Shown piece after piece: positions 8,382 through 17,868 of a stretch of DNA of 34,904 nucleotides. The notes beneath the pieces were generated by a model that was given only the letters and a program-made list of their open reading frames with translations, did not search any database and was not told the DNA's origin. Where the stretch lies: the sequence record DRR723986_10619, one strand, 5' to 3'. The position numbers and the translations under genes were made by a program. Numbering within the stretch: the first letter of the stretch is position 1; each line of letters opens with the position of its first letter.

Positions 8382-9745
8382 GCGCGCGCATCCTGGTTGT
8401 AGACGACATTGAAGCCAACCGGAGGCTTCTGCAAGCCAAGCTGGAAGCTCAATATTACACGGTCATCCAGGCGGAGAACGGACCTCAGGCGATTGAGGTC
8501 GCAAAGAATGAATTGCCGGACATCATCCTGCTGGACGTAATGATGCCGGGCATGGATGGCTATGAAGTTTGCCGCCGGCTCAAGGAAGATCCGGCGACGG
8601 CTTTCATTCCCGTTGTCATGGTCACGGCGCTGAGCGATACAGAAGACCGCGTCCGAGGGCTTGAGGCTGGCGCCGAGGACTTCCTTACCAAACCGGTGGA
8701 TGATTTTGCGCTGATGTCGCGCGTCGGCGCGTTGATGCGCTATAACGCGGTAGCCTCGGAACTGCGCCAGAGACAAGCCAACGGTCTTGGTGGCGGACTC
8801 GATCTGGAATCCGCAAAGGAAGAAACCGACCAGCCCGCTCGTATCTTCATTGTGGACGACAATCCCCGGGCCTCTGCGAGATTGGCAGCCGTCCTGCGTG
8901 AAGCGGGCCATACGGTTGTAACGCTGGCTGAAGCCGGGACGATGAGCGATCTGTCCCGTCTTGGCGTGGACCTGATGATCCTGTCGCTGCCCAGCAAATC
9001 CTTCGACGCGCTGAAACTCTGCGCGCACTTCAAGGTGACCGAATCCACACGCGCAGTCTCTATCCTTTTGATCTGTGATCCTGACGATCGCGCCCGGGCC
9101 GCCAAGGGCCTCGAAATCGGCGCAAGTGACGTGATCCTGACCCCGGTCGACAAACAGGAGCTGTTGGTGCGCGTGCGCACGCAGGCCCGCCGGGCGCGCT
9201 ACATCGAGATGCTGCGCCGCCGTGTGGACAAAGGGCTCGAGCTGTCGGTGATCGACCAGCTGACCGGGCTCTATAATCGCCGCTACATGATGAGCCAGCT
9301 GCATCAATTCATGCAGCGCTCGGTCATGGGGGGGCGTCCCGTCTCGGTCATGATGGCGGACATCGATCACTTCAAATCCGTGAACGATACCTACGGCCAC
9401 GATGCAGGTGATGAGGTATTACAGGAGATCGCCAACCGCTTGCGCGAGAACGTTCGTCCGATGGATATCGTGTGCCGGCCCGGCGGTGAGGAGTTTCTGG
9501 TGATCATGCCTGAAACGCCGGGCGATCGCGCCTGTGCTGCCGCAGAGCGGATCCGCCGTGCCGTTGCCGTCGCCCCCTTTATTGTCGGCAAGGCAGGGCT
9601 CCGCATTCAGATTACCGTCAGCGTGGGAGTATCCACGATTGCCGGTGAGCAGGACACAATCGCAGACCTGACGAAACGCGCCGACCAGGCGCTGTATCAA
9701 GCCAAGACCACTGGCCGGAACAGGGTCGAGAGCACAGCCGCCTGA
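8378..9745 (+). CDS. pleD: Response regulator / diguanylate cyclase PleD (REC-pseudoREC-GGDEF)
   Basis: [47 protein letters not shown]-site RPMD, GGEEF. ATGA overlap with the divK stop and SD AAGGAGG. Confidence 0.96.
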   Translation: MSARILVVDDIEANRRLLQAKLEAQYYTVIQAENGPQAIEVAKNELPDIILLDVMMPGMDGYEVCRRLKEDPATAFIPVVMVTALSDTEDRVRGLEAGAEDFLTKPVDDFALMSRVGALMRYNAVASELRQRQANGLGGGLDLESAKEETDQPARIFIVDDNPRASARLAAVLREAGHTVVTLAEAGTMSDLSRLGVDLMILSLPSKSFDALKLCAHFKVTESTRAVSILLICDPDDRARAAKGLEIGASDVILTPVDKQELLVRVRTQARRARYIEMLRRRVDKGLELSVIDQLTGLYNRRYMMSQLHQFMQRSVMGGRPVSVMMADIDHFKSVNDTYGHDAGDEVLQEIANRLRENVRPMDIVCRPGGEEFLVIMPETPGDRACAAAERIRRAVAVAPFIVGKAGLRIQITVSVGVSTIAGEQDTIADLTKRADQALYQAKTTGRNRVESTAA

Positions 9746-9799
9746 TTGACTTGGCCGTCGGCTGTCCGCACAGACGGCGCTCAGCTCAGGGGATAAGGC

Positions 9800-11023
9800 G
9801 TGACCGACAGGTTTTCCGCGTTCCGGCATTCAGCCTACAGCCGCTATTTCTTCTCGCGGTTCTGCACGTCACTCGGCGTGCAGATCGTTTCGGTCTCGGT
9901 CGGCTGGCAAATCTATGACCAGACACAGAATGCGGCTCTGTTGGGCTGGATCGGACTGGTCCAGTTTCTGCCGGCGTTGGTGTTGGTGGTCGTTACTGGT
10001 GTGACCGCGGACCGGTTCGGGCGCAGGAACGTCATGGGACTGGCGGTATTTGTCGAGATGGCCTGCGCGCTGGCCATTCTTGCGCTCGCGCTCTCGGGTC
10101 ATTTCGATCCGGTCCTGGTGCTGGGAACGTTGACGGTCTTCGGCATTGCGCGGGCATTCTATTCTCCTGCTTCCTCCAGTCTCGCGGTCAATCTCGTGCC
10201 CAAGGAAGACTTCGCCAATGCGGTGGGGTGGATCACGGCATCTTGGCAACTTGCTTCCATTCTTGGGCCAGTGCTCGGCGGCCTGATCTACGGTATTGGA
10301 GCGCCGATTGCCTATGGTACTGCGGTTTCCCTTTTCCTGCTCTCCGGGTCGATCATTCTCACCATACCGAAGCCTGCCCAGAAAAGCTCCAAAGAGCCAA
10401 CGACGCTCAAGACGTTGCTGGGTGGCTTCTCCTATGTCTGGAAAGAGAAGGTTGTTCTGGGGGCCATCTCACTCGATTTGTTCGCCGTTCTTCTGGGTGG
10501 GGCAGTCGCATTGTTGCCGATCTATGCGCGGGACATCCTGGAACTTGGGCCATCCGGCCTCGGCCTGCTCCGGGCGGCACCCGGCGTCGGCGCCGTGATC
10601 ATGATCGGGATCATCACGGCATTCCCGATTCGAAATCATGCCGGAATCATCCTGTTCATCTGCGTGGCGCTGTTTGGCCTTGCAACCATTGTGTTCGGCG
10701 CGTCGACGCTTGCCTGGCTGTCGATTCTGGCCCTGGCGCTGGTCGGCGCATTCGACATGGTATCGGTCTATATTCGCGAAATTCTACTGCAACTCTGGAC
10801 ACCTGACGATGTCCGCGGGCGCGTGAATGCAGTGAATTCGGTGTTCCTTGGCGCGTCGAACGAACTCGGCGAGGCAAGAGCCGGTTTCATGGCGCATTTC
10901 TACGGCGCCGTGTTTACCGTCGTGGCGGGCGGCGCGGCCGCGATCGGCGTCGCAGCGGCCTGGTCCTTCCTGTTCCCTGCGATCCGAAGAACGCGTTACC
11001 TGCACCGGGACGAGATCCAATGA
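9800..11023 (+). CDS. MFS transporter (EntS/MefA-like, DUF894-type)
   Basis: About 12 hydrophobic segments, GVTADRFGRR motif A, SLDLFAVLLGG..ALLP, RGRVNAVN...GASNELG; GTG start. Confidence 0.9.
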   Translation: MTDRFSAFRHSAYSRYFFSRFCTSLGVQIVSVSVGWQIYDQTQNAALLGWIGLVQFLPALVLVVVTGVTADRFGRRNVMGLAVFVEMACALAILALALSGHFDPVLVLGTLTVFGIARAFYSPASSSLAVNLVPKEDFANAVGWITASWQLASILGPVLGGLIYGIGAPIAYGTAVSLFLLSGSIILTIPKPAQKSSKEPTTLKTLLGGFSYVWKEKVVLGAISLDLFAVLLGGAVALLPIYARDILELGPSGLGLLRAAPGVGAVIMIGIITAFPIRNHAGIILFICVALFGLATIVFGASTLAWLSILALALVGAFDMVSVYIREILLQLWTPDDVRGRVNAVNSVFLGASNELGEARAGFMAHFYGAVFTVVAGGAAAIGVAAAWSFLFPAIRRTRYLHRDEIQ

Positions 11024-11054
11024 AAAAGCCCGCTCGGTCAGGAGCGGGCTTTTC
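11023..11054. terminator. Bidirectional intrinsic terminator between MFS and rpmG
   Basis: AAAAAGCCCGCTC-GGTCAG-GAGCGGGCTTTT: GC stem flanked by A and T tracts, between convergent genes. Confidence 0.9.
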
Positions 11055-11077
11055 AGAAGTCCAAAAGGATCAAGTGA

Positions 11078-11245
11078 TTACTTGATTTTACCTTCCTTGA
11101 ACTCGACGTGCTTCTTCGCGATCGGGTCATACTTACGCTTGACCATTTTCTCGGTCATGTTGCGCGGGTTCTTCTTGGTCACATAGAAGAAGCCGGTGTC
11201 AGCCGTCGAGTTGAGGCGGATCTTGATGGTGGCGGGTTTTGCCAT
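11078..11245 (-). CDS. rpmG: 50S ribosomal protein L33 (Zn-free type), 55 aa
   Basis: Manual translation [55 protein letters not shown]; too short for the ORF track. Confidence 0.97.
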   Translation of the reverse strand: MAKPATIKIRLNSTADTGFFYVTKKNPRNMTEKMVKRKYDPIAKKHVEFKEGKIK

Positions 11246-11288
11246 GGCGCGGGCTCGCTTGTGCTAGCGTCTGAAATCGGAAAGCGGC

Positions 11289-11317
11289 TTAATGGCGGGG
11301 TGCGGGGCGCAAGTCAA
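11289..11317 (-). promoter_or_regulatory. Putative sigma70 promoter of rpmG (TTGACT-N17-CATTAA)
   Basis: Near-consensus -35, 17-nt spacer and GC-preceded -10, about 44 nt upstream of the ATG. Confidence 0.6.
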
Positions 11318-11332
11318 GCGCCCGTTGCTGTA

Positions 11333-12094
11333 CTACAGCCGCTCTGTGCTATGGCCGGAACGGGTCCAGCGCAGGAAAGGCGGGCCTTCCTTGAAATCCT
11401 TCGCTTTCAGCCGCGCATCGATCTCGCCCAGCATGAAACGCGTGACACTCGGCAGGTCGAGACCCTGCGCGTCATCCAATGTCACCCATTGCAGGTCCGA
11501 CAACTCGGCGCCATCCACCGGCGGGCGCTCGTCAATCAGGGCTTCTTCGGCGTCGGCCATGAAGAATCGTGCATCGAAGCGGCGTGGCCGGTAGGGCGGC
11601 GTGACGGCCCGGCCAATAAAGGTGAGCGGGGAAAGGTGCGGGGCGGCGTCCAGTTCGTGGAACCGGTCCCAGCCTTTTGGCGCGGAAATTGGCATTTCGG
11701 CGGGACGTGCCACCAGAAGACCCGTCTCCTCGAAAGTTTCCCGGATCGCGGTGAGGGCAAATGCCCTTGGCTGGCGCCTCGCGCTGATGCGCAGTTTCGC
11801 TTCAACATCCGGCTTCAGCTCACACCATGACACGGCCCGGCCGTCATCAGGGTCCACCCGGCCGCCGGGGAAGACGTACTTGTCAGGCATGAAGACATGA
11901 CCGCCGGAGCGCTTGCCCATCAGGACTCGTGGCTTCGCAGCATCGCGTCGGATCAGAATCAGTGTCGCCGCATCCTTAGGGCGCGGGGAGCGCTGATTCT
12001 TCAGAATGACTTCATCGTCGCTTTCCTTGTCGAAAGCCGTCCCGATCAGCTGATTGCCGTTGTTGGAACTGTGTTTTTCGCCGTCAGGGATCAC
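11333..12094 (-). CDS. Nudix hydrolase with split Nudix box (NUDT19-like)
   Basis: PKDAATLIL, VFPGGRVD...(insert)...AIRETFEETGL, RAVTPP...RRFDARFF. GTGA overlap with the rnr stop, SD GGAGGA. Confidence 0.88.
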   Translation of the reverse strand: MIPDGEKHSSNNGNQLIGTAFDKESDDEVILKNQRSPRPKDAATLILIRRDAAKPRVLMGKRSGGHVFMPDKYVFPGGRVDPDDGRAVSWCELKPDVEAKLRISARRQPRAFALTAIRETFEETGLLVARPAEMPISAPKGWDRFHELDAAPHLSPLTFIGRAVTPPYRPRRFDARFFMADAEEALIDERPPVDGAELSDLQWVTLDDAQGLDLPSVTRFMLGEIDARLKAKDFKEGPPFLRWTRSGHSTERL

Positions 12095-14361
12095 TTCCGG
12101 CTCCTCCGCTTATGCTTGGGCAGCGTTTTTTTATTGAATTTGGGCTTGCCTCGGCGGGGAGGTCCACCCCTGCCGCGAGGGGAACGTGCTCCGGCATCTG
12201 CCGCCTTGCGGGCCGCGGCGCGGCCTTTCGGGGCGGGTGCGGGCTCCGATAGCATTTCCAGCAAAAGGCCGCCCTGAAGCGGCGTCACCTCTTTCAGGCG
12301 CACCCGCACAGTCTGCCCCATGGAATAGGTCTTGCCGCTGCCGCGCGCGTAAATCTCCATCGCTGCCTGGTCAAGGACCCAATAGTCATCCGAGATGGAC
12401 GAGATCGGGACGAAACCATCCGCGCCGGAGCCCGCAAGGGCAACGAACAGGCCGGAACCGGTCACGCCCATGATCCGGCCTTCAAATTCCGCGCCGACCC
12501 GGTCAGCCAGGAATATGGCGAGGTAGCGGTCCGTCGCTTCGCGTTCGGCCGCCATGGAGCGGCGTTCGGTTGTCGTGATGTGCTCCGCAATCTCTTCAAG
12601 CCGCACTGCGCTTTGGTCGCTCAATCCGTCCGGGCCGAGCTTCAACGCGCGGATCAGGGCGCGGTGGACGATCAGGTCGGCATAGCGCCGGATCGGAGAG
12701 GTGAAGTGCGCGTACTTGGCGAGGTTCAGGCCGAAGTGACCGAGGTTTTCTTCGGAATAGATCGCCTGCGCCTGGGAGCGCAGCACCATCTGGGTGACCA
12801 TCTCGTCATAGACGCCGCCGCGAATGTCTTCGAGTAGCTTGTTGAAGCGGTGTGTCTGCGGCCGTTCCCCGATGTGCCACTTGATGTCGAGGGTCTGCAG
12901 GAACTCCGCAAAGGCCGCGATCTTGGCCTCGGTCGGCACATCGTGGACGCGGTAGACGAGGGGGCTGTTTGTCTTCTCCAGCGTCTCGGCAGCGGCCACG
13001 TTGGCTTGGATCATGAACTCTTCAATCAGGCGATGGGCGTCCAGACGCTCCTTGGCGATGATGCCCTGGATCTCACCTTTGTCGTCGAACACGATCCGGC
13101 GTTCGGGTAGGTCCAGATCCAGTGGGCTGCGCTTGTCGCGGGCTTTGGAAAGCGCTGCGTATGCGCCCCAAAGCGGTTTCAGGACGGTATCCAGCAACTC
13201 TTCAGCCTTGCCACCGGGTTTTCCTTCGATGGCGGCCTGTGCCTCCTCATAGGAAAGCTTCGCGGCGGATTTCATCATGCCACGGATGAACCGGTGCGAG
13301 CGCTTGGTGCCGGATTTGTCGAAGATCATTTCCACCGCCATGCAGCGGCGCAGCTCGTTCTCGCGCAGCGAACACTCATCCGCCGACAGTTCGAACGGCA
13401 GCATCGGCACAACGCGATCCGGGAAATAGGTGGAGTTGCCCCGCTTCAGCGCTTCCTTGTCCAGCGGCGAACCTTCGGTGACGTAAGCGGCGACATCGGC
13501 GATGGCGACGATCACGCGCCAGCCATCGTCCAGCTGTTCCGCCCAGACGGCATCGTCATGGTCCCGCGCATCATGGGGGTCAATGGTGATCAGCTGGACG
13601 GCTGTCAGGTCTTCGCGTTCGGCGGCAGCCGGTTTCGGGTCCCGCGCTTGTTCCAGTGCGTCTTCGGGGAATTCGGTCGGAATGTCGTGGGCATGGATGG
13701 CCAGAAGGCTGGCAGACCGCGGATCAGTGATGTGGCCGATGACTTCGGTGACGATGCCATAGGCCGGACCGTATTGCCGTCGGCCGACAGGCTTCGGCTC
13801 GGCGATGACGAGATCGCCTTCCTCTGCACCGTTCCGGTCAGCTTCCTGAATAACAAATTCGCGTTTCTCCTTGCGGGAGGAAGGGACGACCTTCCCGCCG
13901 CGCGTGGTCTGGCTGTAGAGACCGACCAGTTTGTCGGAGAGCTTCTTCTCGAACACGGTGATGGCGCGGGCCAGCCATTCACCATCGCGCTCGGATATCT
14001 TGCAGAGGGCGCGGTCTCCCACGGCGGGCGCCTTGGCTTTCGGTTTGCCGGATGGGCCCGCATAGCGGATCTCAGGCCCGAACAGGCCATTGTCGCCGAC
14101 GGACTTGCCGATCAGCTCGCCATCGCCATCGAGATGCGTGAACTCGACAACGCCCGTGGGTGGTGGGCGGTCAGCCTGCGCCCAGGCGCGTTTGCCGGTC
14201 CGCTCAAGGGTGCCGTCGCCCTCCATTTCCTTCAGGATTTCACGCAAAATCGTGCGTTCCTTGCCCTTCAGCTTAAGGCCGCGGGCGATTTCCTGCTTGG
14301 TGGTGGCGCTTGGGTTCTCGCGAAGAAAGTCCAGAACAGTCTGGCGGTCAGGGAATGTCAT
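12091..14361 (-). CDS. rnr: Ribonuclease R; start 14361 (alternative 14370)
   Basis: ITIDPHDARDHDDA, VAIADV, RGNSTYFPD.VVPMLP, LIEEFMIQAN, HFTSPIRRYADL, S1 domain, basic C-terminal tail. Confidence 0.96.
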   Translation of the reverse strand: MTFPDRQTVLDFLRENPSATTKQEIARGLKLKGKERTILREILKEMEGDGTLERTGKRAWAQADRPPPTGVVEFTHLDGDGELIGKSVGDNGLFGPEIRYAGPSGKPKAKAPAVGDRALCKISERDGEWLARAITVFEKKLSDKLVGLYSQTTRGGKVVPSSRKEKREFVIQEADRNGAEEGDLVIAEPKPVGRRQYGPAYGIVTEVIGHITDPRSASLLAIHAHDIPTEFPEDALEQARDPKPAAAEREDLTAVQLITIDPHDARDHDDAVWAEQLDDGWRVIVAIADVAAYVTEGSPLDKEALKRGNSTYFPDRVVPMLPFELSADECSLRENELRRCMAVEMIFDKSGTKRSHRFIRGMMKSAAKLSYEEAQAAIEGKPGGKAEELLDTVLKPLWGAYAALSKARDKRSPLDLDLPERRIVFDDKGEIQGIIAKERLDAHRLIEEFMIQANVAAAETLEKTNSPLVYRVHDVPTEAKIAAFAEFLQTLDIKWHIGERPQTHRFNKLLEDIRGGVYDEMVTQMVLRSQAQAIYSEENLGHFGLNLAKYAHFTSPIRRYADLIVHRALIRALKLGPDGLSDQSAVRLEEIAEHITTTERRSMAAEREATDRYLAIFLADRVGAEFEGRIMGVTGSGLFVALAGSGADGFVPISSISDDYWVLDQAAMEIYARGSGKTYSMGQTVRVRLKEVTPLQGGLLLEMLSEPAPAPKGRAAARKAADAGARSPRGRGGPPRRGKPKFNKKTLPKHKRRSRK

Positions 14362-14419
14362 GACCGCCATATAAGGCGAATCGCACCGGATTGCGCGTGT
14401 GATTTACGGTTCCCGCCTT

Positions 14420-15136
14420 TTAGTCGTCAGCCGCGGGCAGGGTCATTATATCGTTTGGAGTCAACGCGAATGAGCCAAGGCGGGGCTTCCACGTGCCTGT
14501 CAGCACTTCGTAGTGCAGGTGGCGTGGGATGGTGTGACCTGCCGTGCTGCCCATGATCCCGAGCAGGTCGCCCGGGCCGACAAGGTCGCCGACATTTGGC
14601 CCGGCGAAGGACTCAAGATGGGCGTAACGCGTATAGACGCCATCGCCATGGTCGATGATGAGCATGTTGCCATAGTCGCTACGATAGGACCGGGTACGAA
14701 CCCGGCCGGCTGCAGCGGCGTAAACAGGCACCGGGCTGTCGCTGTAATAGTCGATGCCTTTGTGCAGGCGGCCGTTGCGCATGCCGAAGGCGGATGACCA
14801 GCAGCCGCCGCCCACAGGCGCCGTTGCGAGGCGCACCTTGTTGTTCACCAGCACGAAAGGCTTGTAGTCCTGCACCTGAAGATCCGACCCGACGTCTGGC
14901 GCCTTTGCCGTGGAAAGGCCGGGGCAGGCGGAGAGGTGATCGAGGAAGCCGGAGCGGGAAGGCGTGATGGCCATGATGGCCGAGGGTATTGTGACGGCTT
15001 CAGCCACAGGTGTTTCATCCGCGAGCGTTATTGCCGTGTCCAACGCCAGCACAGCGCTGTCTTGCGGTGCCTGCGTCATCAGGAGAGCGGCCAGTGTCAC
15101 CGCGCCAAGAAAGAAGAATTTCTCCGTGCCGGACAT
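14420..15136 (-). CDS. M23 (LytM) family metallopeptidase with N-terminal signal/anchor
   Basis: HKGID (HxxxD), YAHL, HLHYEV; hydrophobic FFFLGAVTLAALLM after ATG 15136. Confidence 0.88.
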   Translation of the reverse strand: MSGTEKFFFLGAVTLAALLMTQAPQDSAVLALDTAITLADETPVAEAVTIPSAIMAITPSRSGFLDHLSACPGLSTAKAPDVGSDLQVQDYKPFVLVNNKVRLATAPVGGGCWSSAFGMRNGRLHKGIDYYSDSPVPVYAAAAGRVRTRSYRSDYGNMLIIDHGDGVYTRYAHLESFAGPNVGDLVGPGDLLGIMGSTAGHTIPRHLHYEVLTGTWKPRLGSFALTPNDIMTLPAADD

Positions 15137-15229
15137 ACCAAGCGTCCGTGCTTTGATGACACGGATTATTAAGCTACCGAAACGAAGGGGCCGCAAGGGG
15201 CGCAAACGCGAAGGTTATGTGAGGTGCGG

Positions 15230-17800
15230 TTAGCCTTCGTCCGACTTTGCGGCCTTCTTGGTAGGCGCCTTCTTTTTCGCTGGCGTCTTTTTCTTGGTCG
15301 GAGCTTTCTTCTTGCCGCCTTTCGTCGCCTTGGCGTTGATCAGCTCAATGGCCTGTTCCAGCGTCACGGCATCCGGCGTGACATCTTTTGGCAGGGTCGC
15401 ATTGGTCTTGGCATGCTTCACATAAGGGCCGTAGCGGCCTTCATAGACTTCGATGGGGCCGCCGTCCGGGTGGTCGCCCAGCGTTTTCAGAGGCGTCGCG
15501 CCACCCCGTTTGGACCCGCGCGTTTTCTTGTCTTCGATCAGCGCCACAGCGCGGTTGAGGCCGATATTGAAAACATCGGCAGGGTCTTTCAGGTTCGCAT
15601 AGGTCTTGTGATGCTGAACATAAGGCCCGAAGCGGCCGAAGTTCGCATAGATCATCTCGCCGTCTTCCGGGTGCGGACCGACTTCGCGGGGCAGGGAAAG
15701 AAGCTCGACAGCGCGCTCCAGCGTCAGCGTCTGCGGCGTGTCATTCTTGGTCAATGAGGAGCGCTTCGGCTTCTCGCCATTGGCCATCTCGACATAAGGA
15801 CCGAAACGCCCGCTCTTCAGCCAGATGGATTCACCCGTTTCCGGGTGCACGCCGAGTTCGTTACCATCCGGATCAATAAAGCCGGCTTCCTCGCCATCGG
15901 AAGAGAACTGGCGGGTGTATTTGCAATCCGGGTGACGCGAACAACCGACAAAGGCCCCGAACCGGCCGACCTTGATGGACAGTTCGCCTTCCTTGCAGAG
16001 CGGGCAGAGGCGGGGCTGCTCGATGACATTGCCTTCGGCGTCGTGGTCCGGGAAGACGTGTGCCGCGAGGGCTTCGTTGAGGGCGTCGAGCACTTCGCTG
16101 ACGCGCAGGTCTTTTGTCTCGCCAATATCGCTTGCGAATTGTTGCCAGAATTCCCGCAGGAAGCTTTTCCAGTCGAGCTTGCCGTCGGAAATGATGTCCA
16201 GCTTTTCCTCAAGACCCGCTGTGAAGTCATATTCCACATAGCGCTGGAAGAAATTCTCCAGGAATGCCGTGACGAGGCGTCCCTTGTCCTCCGGGATCAG
16301 CGCCTTGTTCTCGAGGCGCACATAACCGCGGTCTTCCAGCGTGGAAAGCGTTGAGGCGTAAGTGGACGGGCGGCCAATGCCCAGCTCTTCCAGCCGCTTG
16401 ACGAGCGATGCCTCGGTATAGCGTGGCGGCGGGGTGGTGAAATGCTGGGTCGAGTCTGCTTTCAGTAGGTCCGCATGCTGACCTTCTGACATTTTCGGCA
16501 GGCGGTTTTCGGAATCGTCATCATCGTCCCCGGCATCATGGCCTTCGGTGTAGAGTTTGATGAAGCCGTCGAAGACGAGAACCTGGCCGCTGGCCCGGAG
16601 TTGGGTGCGCTGGTCCTTGGACAACATGTCGATCGTGGTGCGCTCAAAGATGGCGGCTTCCATCTGAGAAGCGACGGCTCGGCGCCAGACCAGCGTGTAG
16701 AGCTTTCGTAGATCATCATCGCCGCTGTACTGCTCCGGACGCAGATTGAAGTCCGTCGGGCGGATGGCTTCGTGTGCTTCCTGGGCGTTCTTCGCCTTTG
16801 AGGAATAATAGCGGGTCTTTTCCGGCAGGTAGCGGGCGCCATAGTTCGACTGGATCATTGAGCGCGCCGCGATATAGGCTTCCTCGGCCATATTGACGCC
16901 GTCGGTACGCATATAGGTGATGCGGCCTTCTTCATAGAGCTTCTGCGCGGCCTGCATGGTGCGCTTTGCCGTGAAGCCCAGCTTGCGGGAGGCTTCCTGT
17001 TGCAACGTCGAAGTGATGAAGGGCGGGGCGGGGTTCCGCTTGACCGGTTTGGCCTCAACCGAACTGACGGAATATCCGCCGACGCGGACCGCTTCGAGCG
17101 CCTTGTCGGCTTCGCCCTTGTCGCCCAGCGTGAACTTTTTCAGCGTCTTGCCGTCCAGCGCATGAAGGCGCGCCTGGAAGTCCGTCCCGTCAGGGGCACG
17201 CAGGTCAGCTGCGACCGTCCAGTATTCCTGCGGCTTGAACATCTCGATCTCGTTCTCGCGGTCGCAGACGATGCGCAGGGCAACCGACTGCACGCGGCCG
17301 GCCGAGCGGGAGCCTGGCAGCTTGCGCCAGAGGACGGGAGAGAGATTGAAGCCGACCAAATAGTCCAGCGCCCGGCGGGCGAGGTAGGCATCGACCAGTT
17401 CGGCGTCGATCTGGCGCGGCTGCTCCATGGCTGAAGTAACGGCACTCTTGGTGATGGCGTTGAAGACCACACGTTCGACAGCGACGTCCTTCTTGAGGGC
17501 GCGGCGCTTCTTCAGCGCTTCGATCAGGTGCCAGGAGATGGCCTCGCCTTCGCGATCCGGGTCGGTCGCGAGGATAAGCGTGTCGGCTTCTTTCAGCGCG
17601 TTGGCGATGTCCGAAATACGTTTGGAGGATTTCGAGTCAGCCTCCCAGACCATTTCGAAATCATTGTCGGGATCGACCGAGCCGTTCTTTGAGGGCAAGT
17701 CCCGGATATGTCCGTAGGAGGCCAGGACTTTGTAGTCCTTGCCGAGGTATTTGTTGATCGTTTTGGCCTTCGCGGGCGACTCGACGACGACAAGTTTCAT
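15230..17800 (-). CDS. topA: DNA topoisomerase I (type IA)
   Basis: VVVESPAKAKTI, ATDPDREGE, SAGRVQS, ITYMRTD, AQEAHEAIRPT, GIGRPSTY, one C4 Zn ribbon, GR(F/Y)GPY repeats, Lys-rich tail; SD GGAGAGG. Confidence 0.98.
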   Translation of the reverse strand: MKLVVVESPAKAKTINKYLGKDYKVLASYGHIRDLPSKNGSVDPDNDFEMVWEADSKSSKRISDIANALKEADTLILATDPDREGEAISWHLIEALKKRRALKKDVAVERVVFNAITKSAVTSAMEQPRQIDAELVDAYLARRALDYLVGFNLSPVLWRKLPGSRSAGRVQSVALRIVCDRENEIEMFKPQEYWTVAADLRAPDGTDFQARLHALDGKTLKKFTLGDKGEADKALEAVRVGGYSVSSVEAKPVKRNPAPPFITSTLQQEASRKLGFTAKRTMQAAQKLYEEGRITYMRTDGVNMAEEAYIAARSMIQSNYGARYLPEKTRYYSSKAKNAQEAHEAIRPTDFNLRPEQYSGDDDLRKLYTLVWRRAVASQMEAAIFERTTIDMLSKDQRTQLRASGQVLVFDGFIKLYTEGHDAGDDDDDSENRLPKMSEGQHADLLKADSTQHFTTPPPRYTEASLVKRLEELGIGRPSTYASTLSTLEDRGYVRLENKALIPEDKGRLVTAFLENFFQRYVEYDFTAGLEEKLDIISDGKLDWKSFLREFWQQFASDIGETKDLRVSEVLDALNEALAAHVFPDHDAEGNVIEQPRLCPLCKEGELSIKVGRFGAFVGCSRHPDCKYTRQFSSDGEEAGFIDPDGNELGVHPETGESIWLKSGRFGPYVEMANGEKPKRSSLTKNDTPQTLTLERAVELLSLPREVGPHPEDGEMIYANFGRFGPYVQHHKTYANLKDPADVFNIGLNRAVALIEDKKTRGSKRGGATPLKTLGDHPDGGPIEVYEGRYGPYVKHAKTNATLPKDVTPDAVTLEQAIELINAKATKGGKKKAPTKKKTPAKKKAPTKKAAKSDEG

Positions 17801-17825
17801 GCGGGGTACCTCTCCAAGGGCGCGA

Positions 17826-17855
17826 GTGATGGCCGCGTCGGCGAGGCCATGTCAA
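17826..17855 (-). promoter_or_regulatory. Putative topA promoter (TTGACA-N18-CATCAC) with an inverted repeat across the spacer
   Basis: Perfect -35 at 17855-17850; ATGGCC (17829-17834) / GGCCAT (17845-17850) inverted repeat. Confidence 0.55.
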
Positions 17856-17868
17856 GGCTGGATGCGTG

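Noticed and set aside
15197..15225. dif/Xer-like sequence GGGGCGCAAAC-N7-TTATGTGAGGT
   Set aside because: Each arm matches E. coli dif at 8/11, but the spacer is 7 bp rather than 6, the conserved inner ATAA is missing and the XerD arm lacks TAAA. Probably chance.
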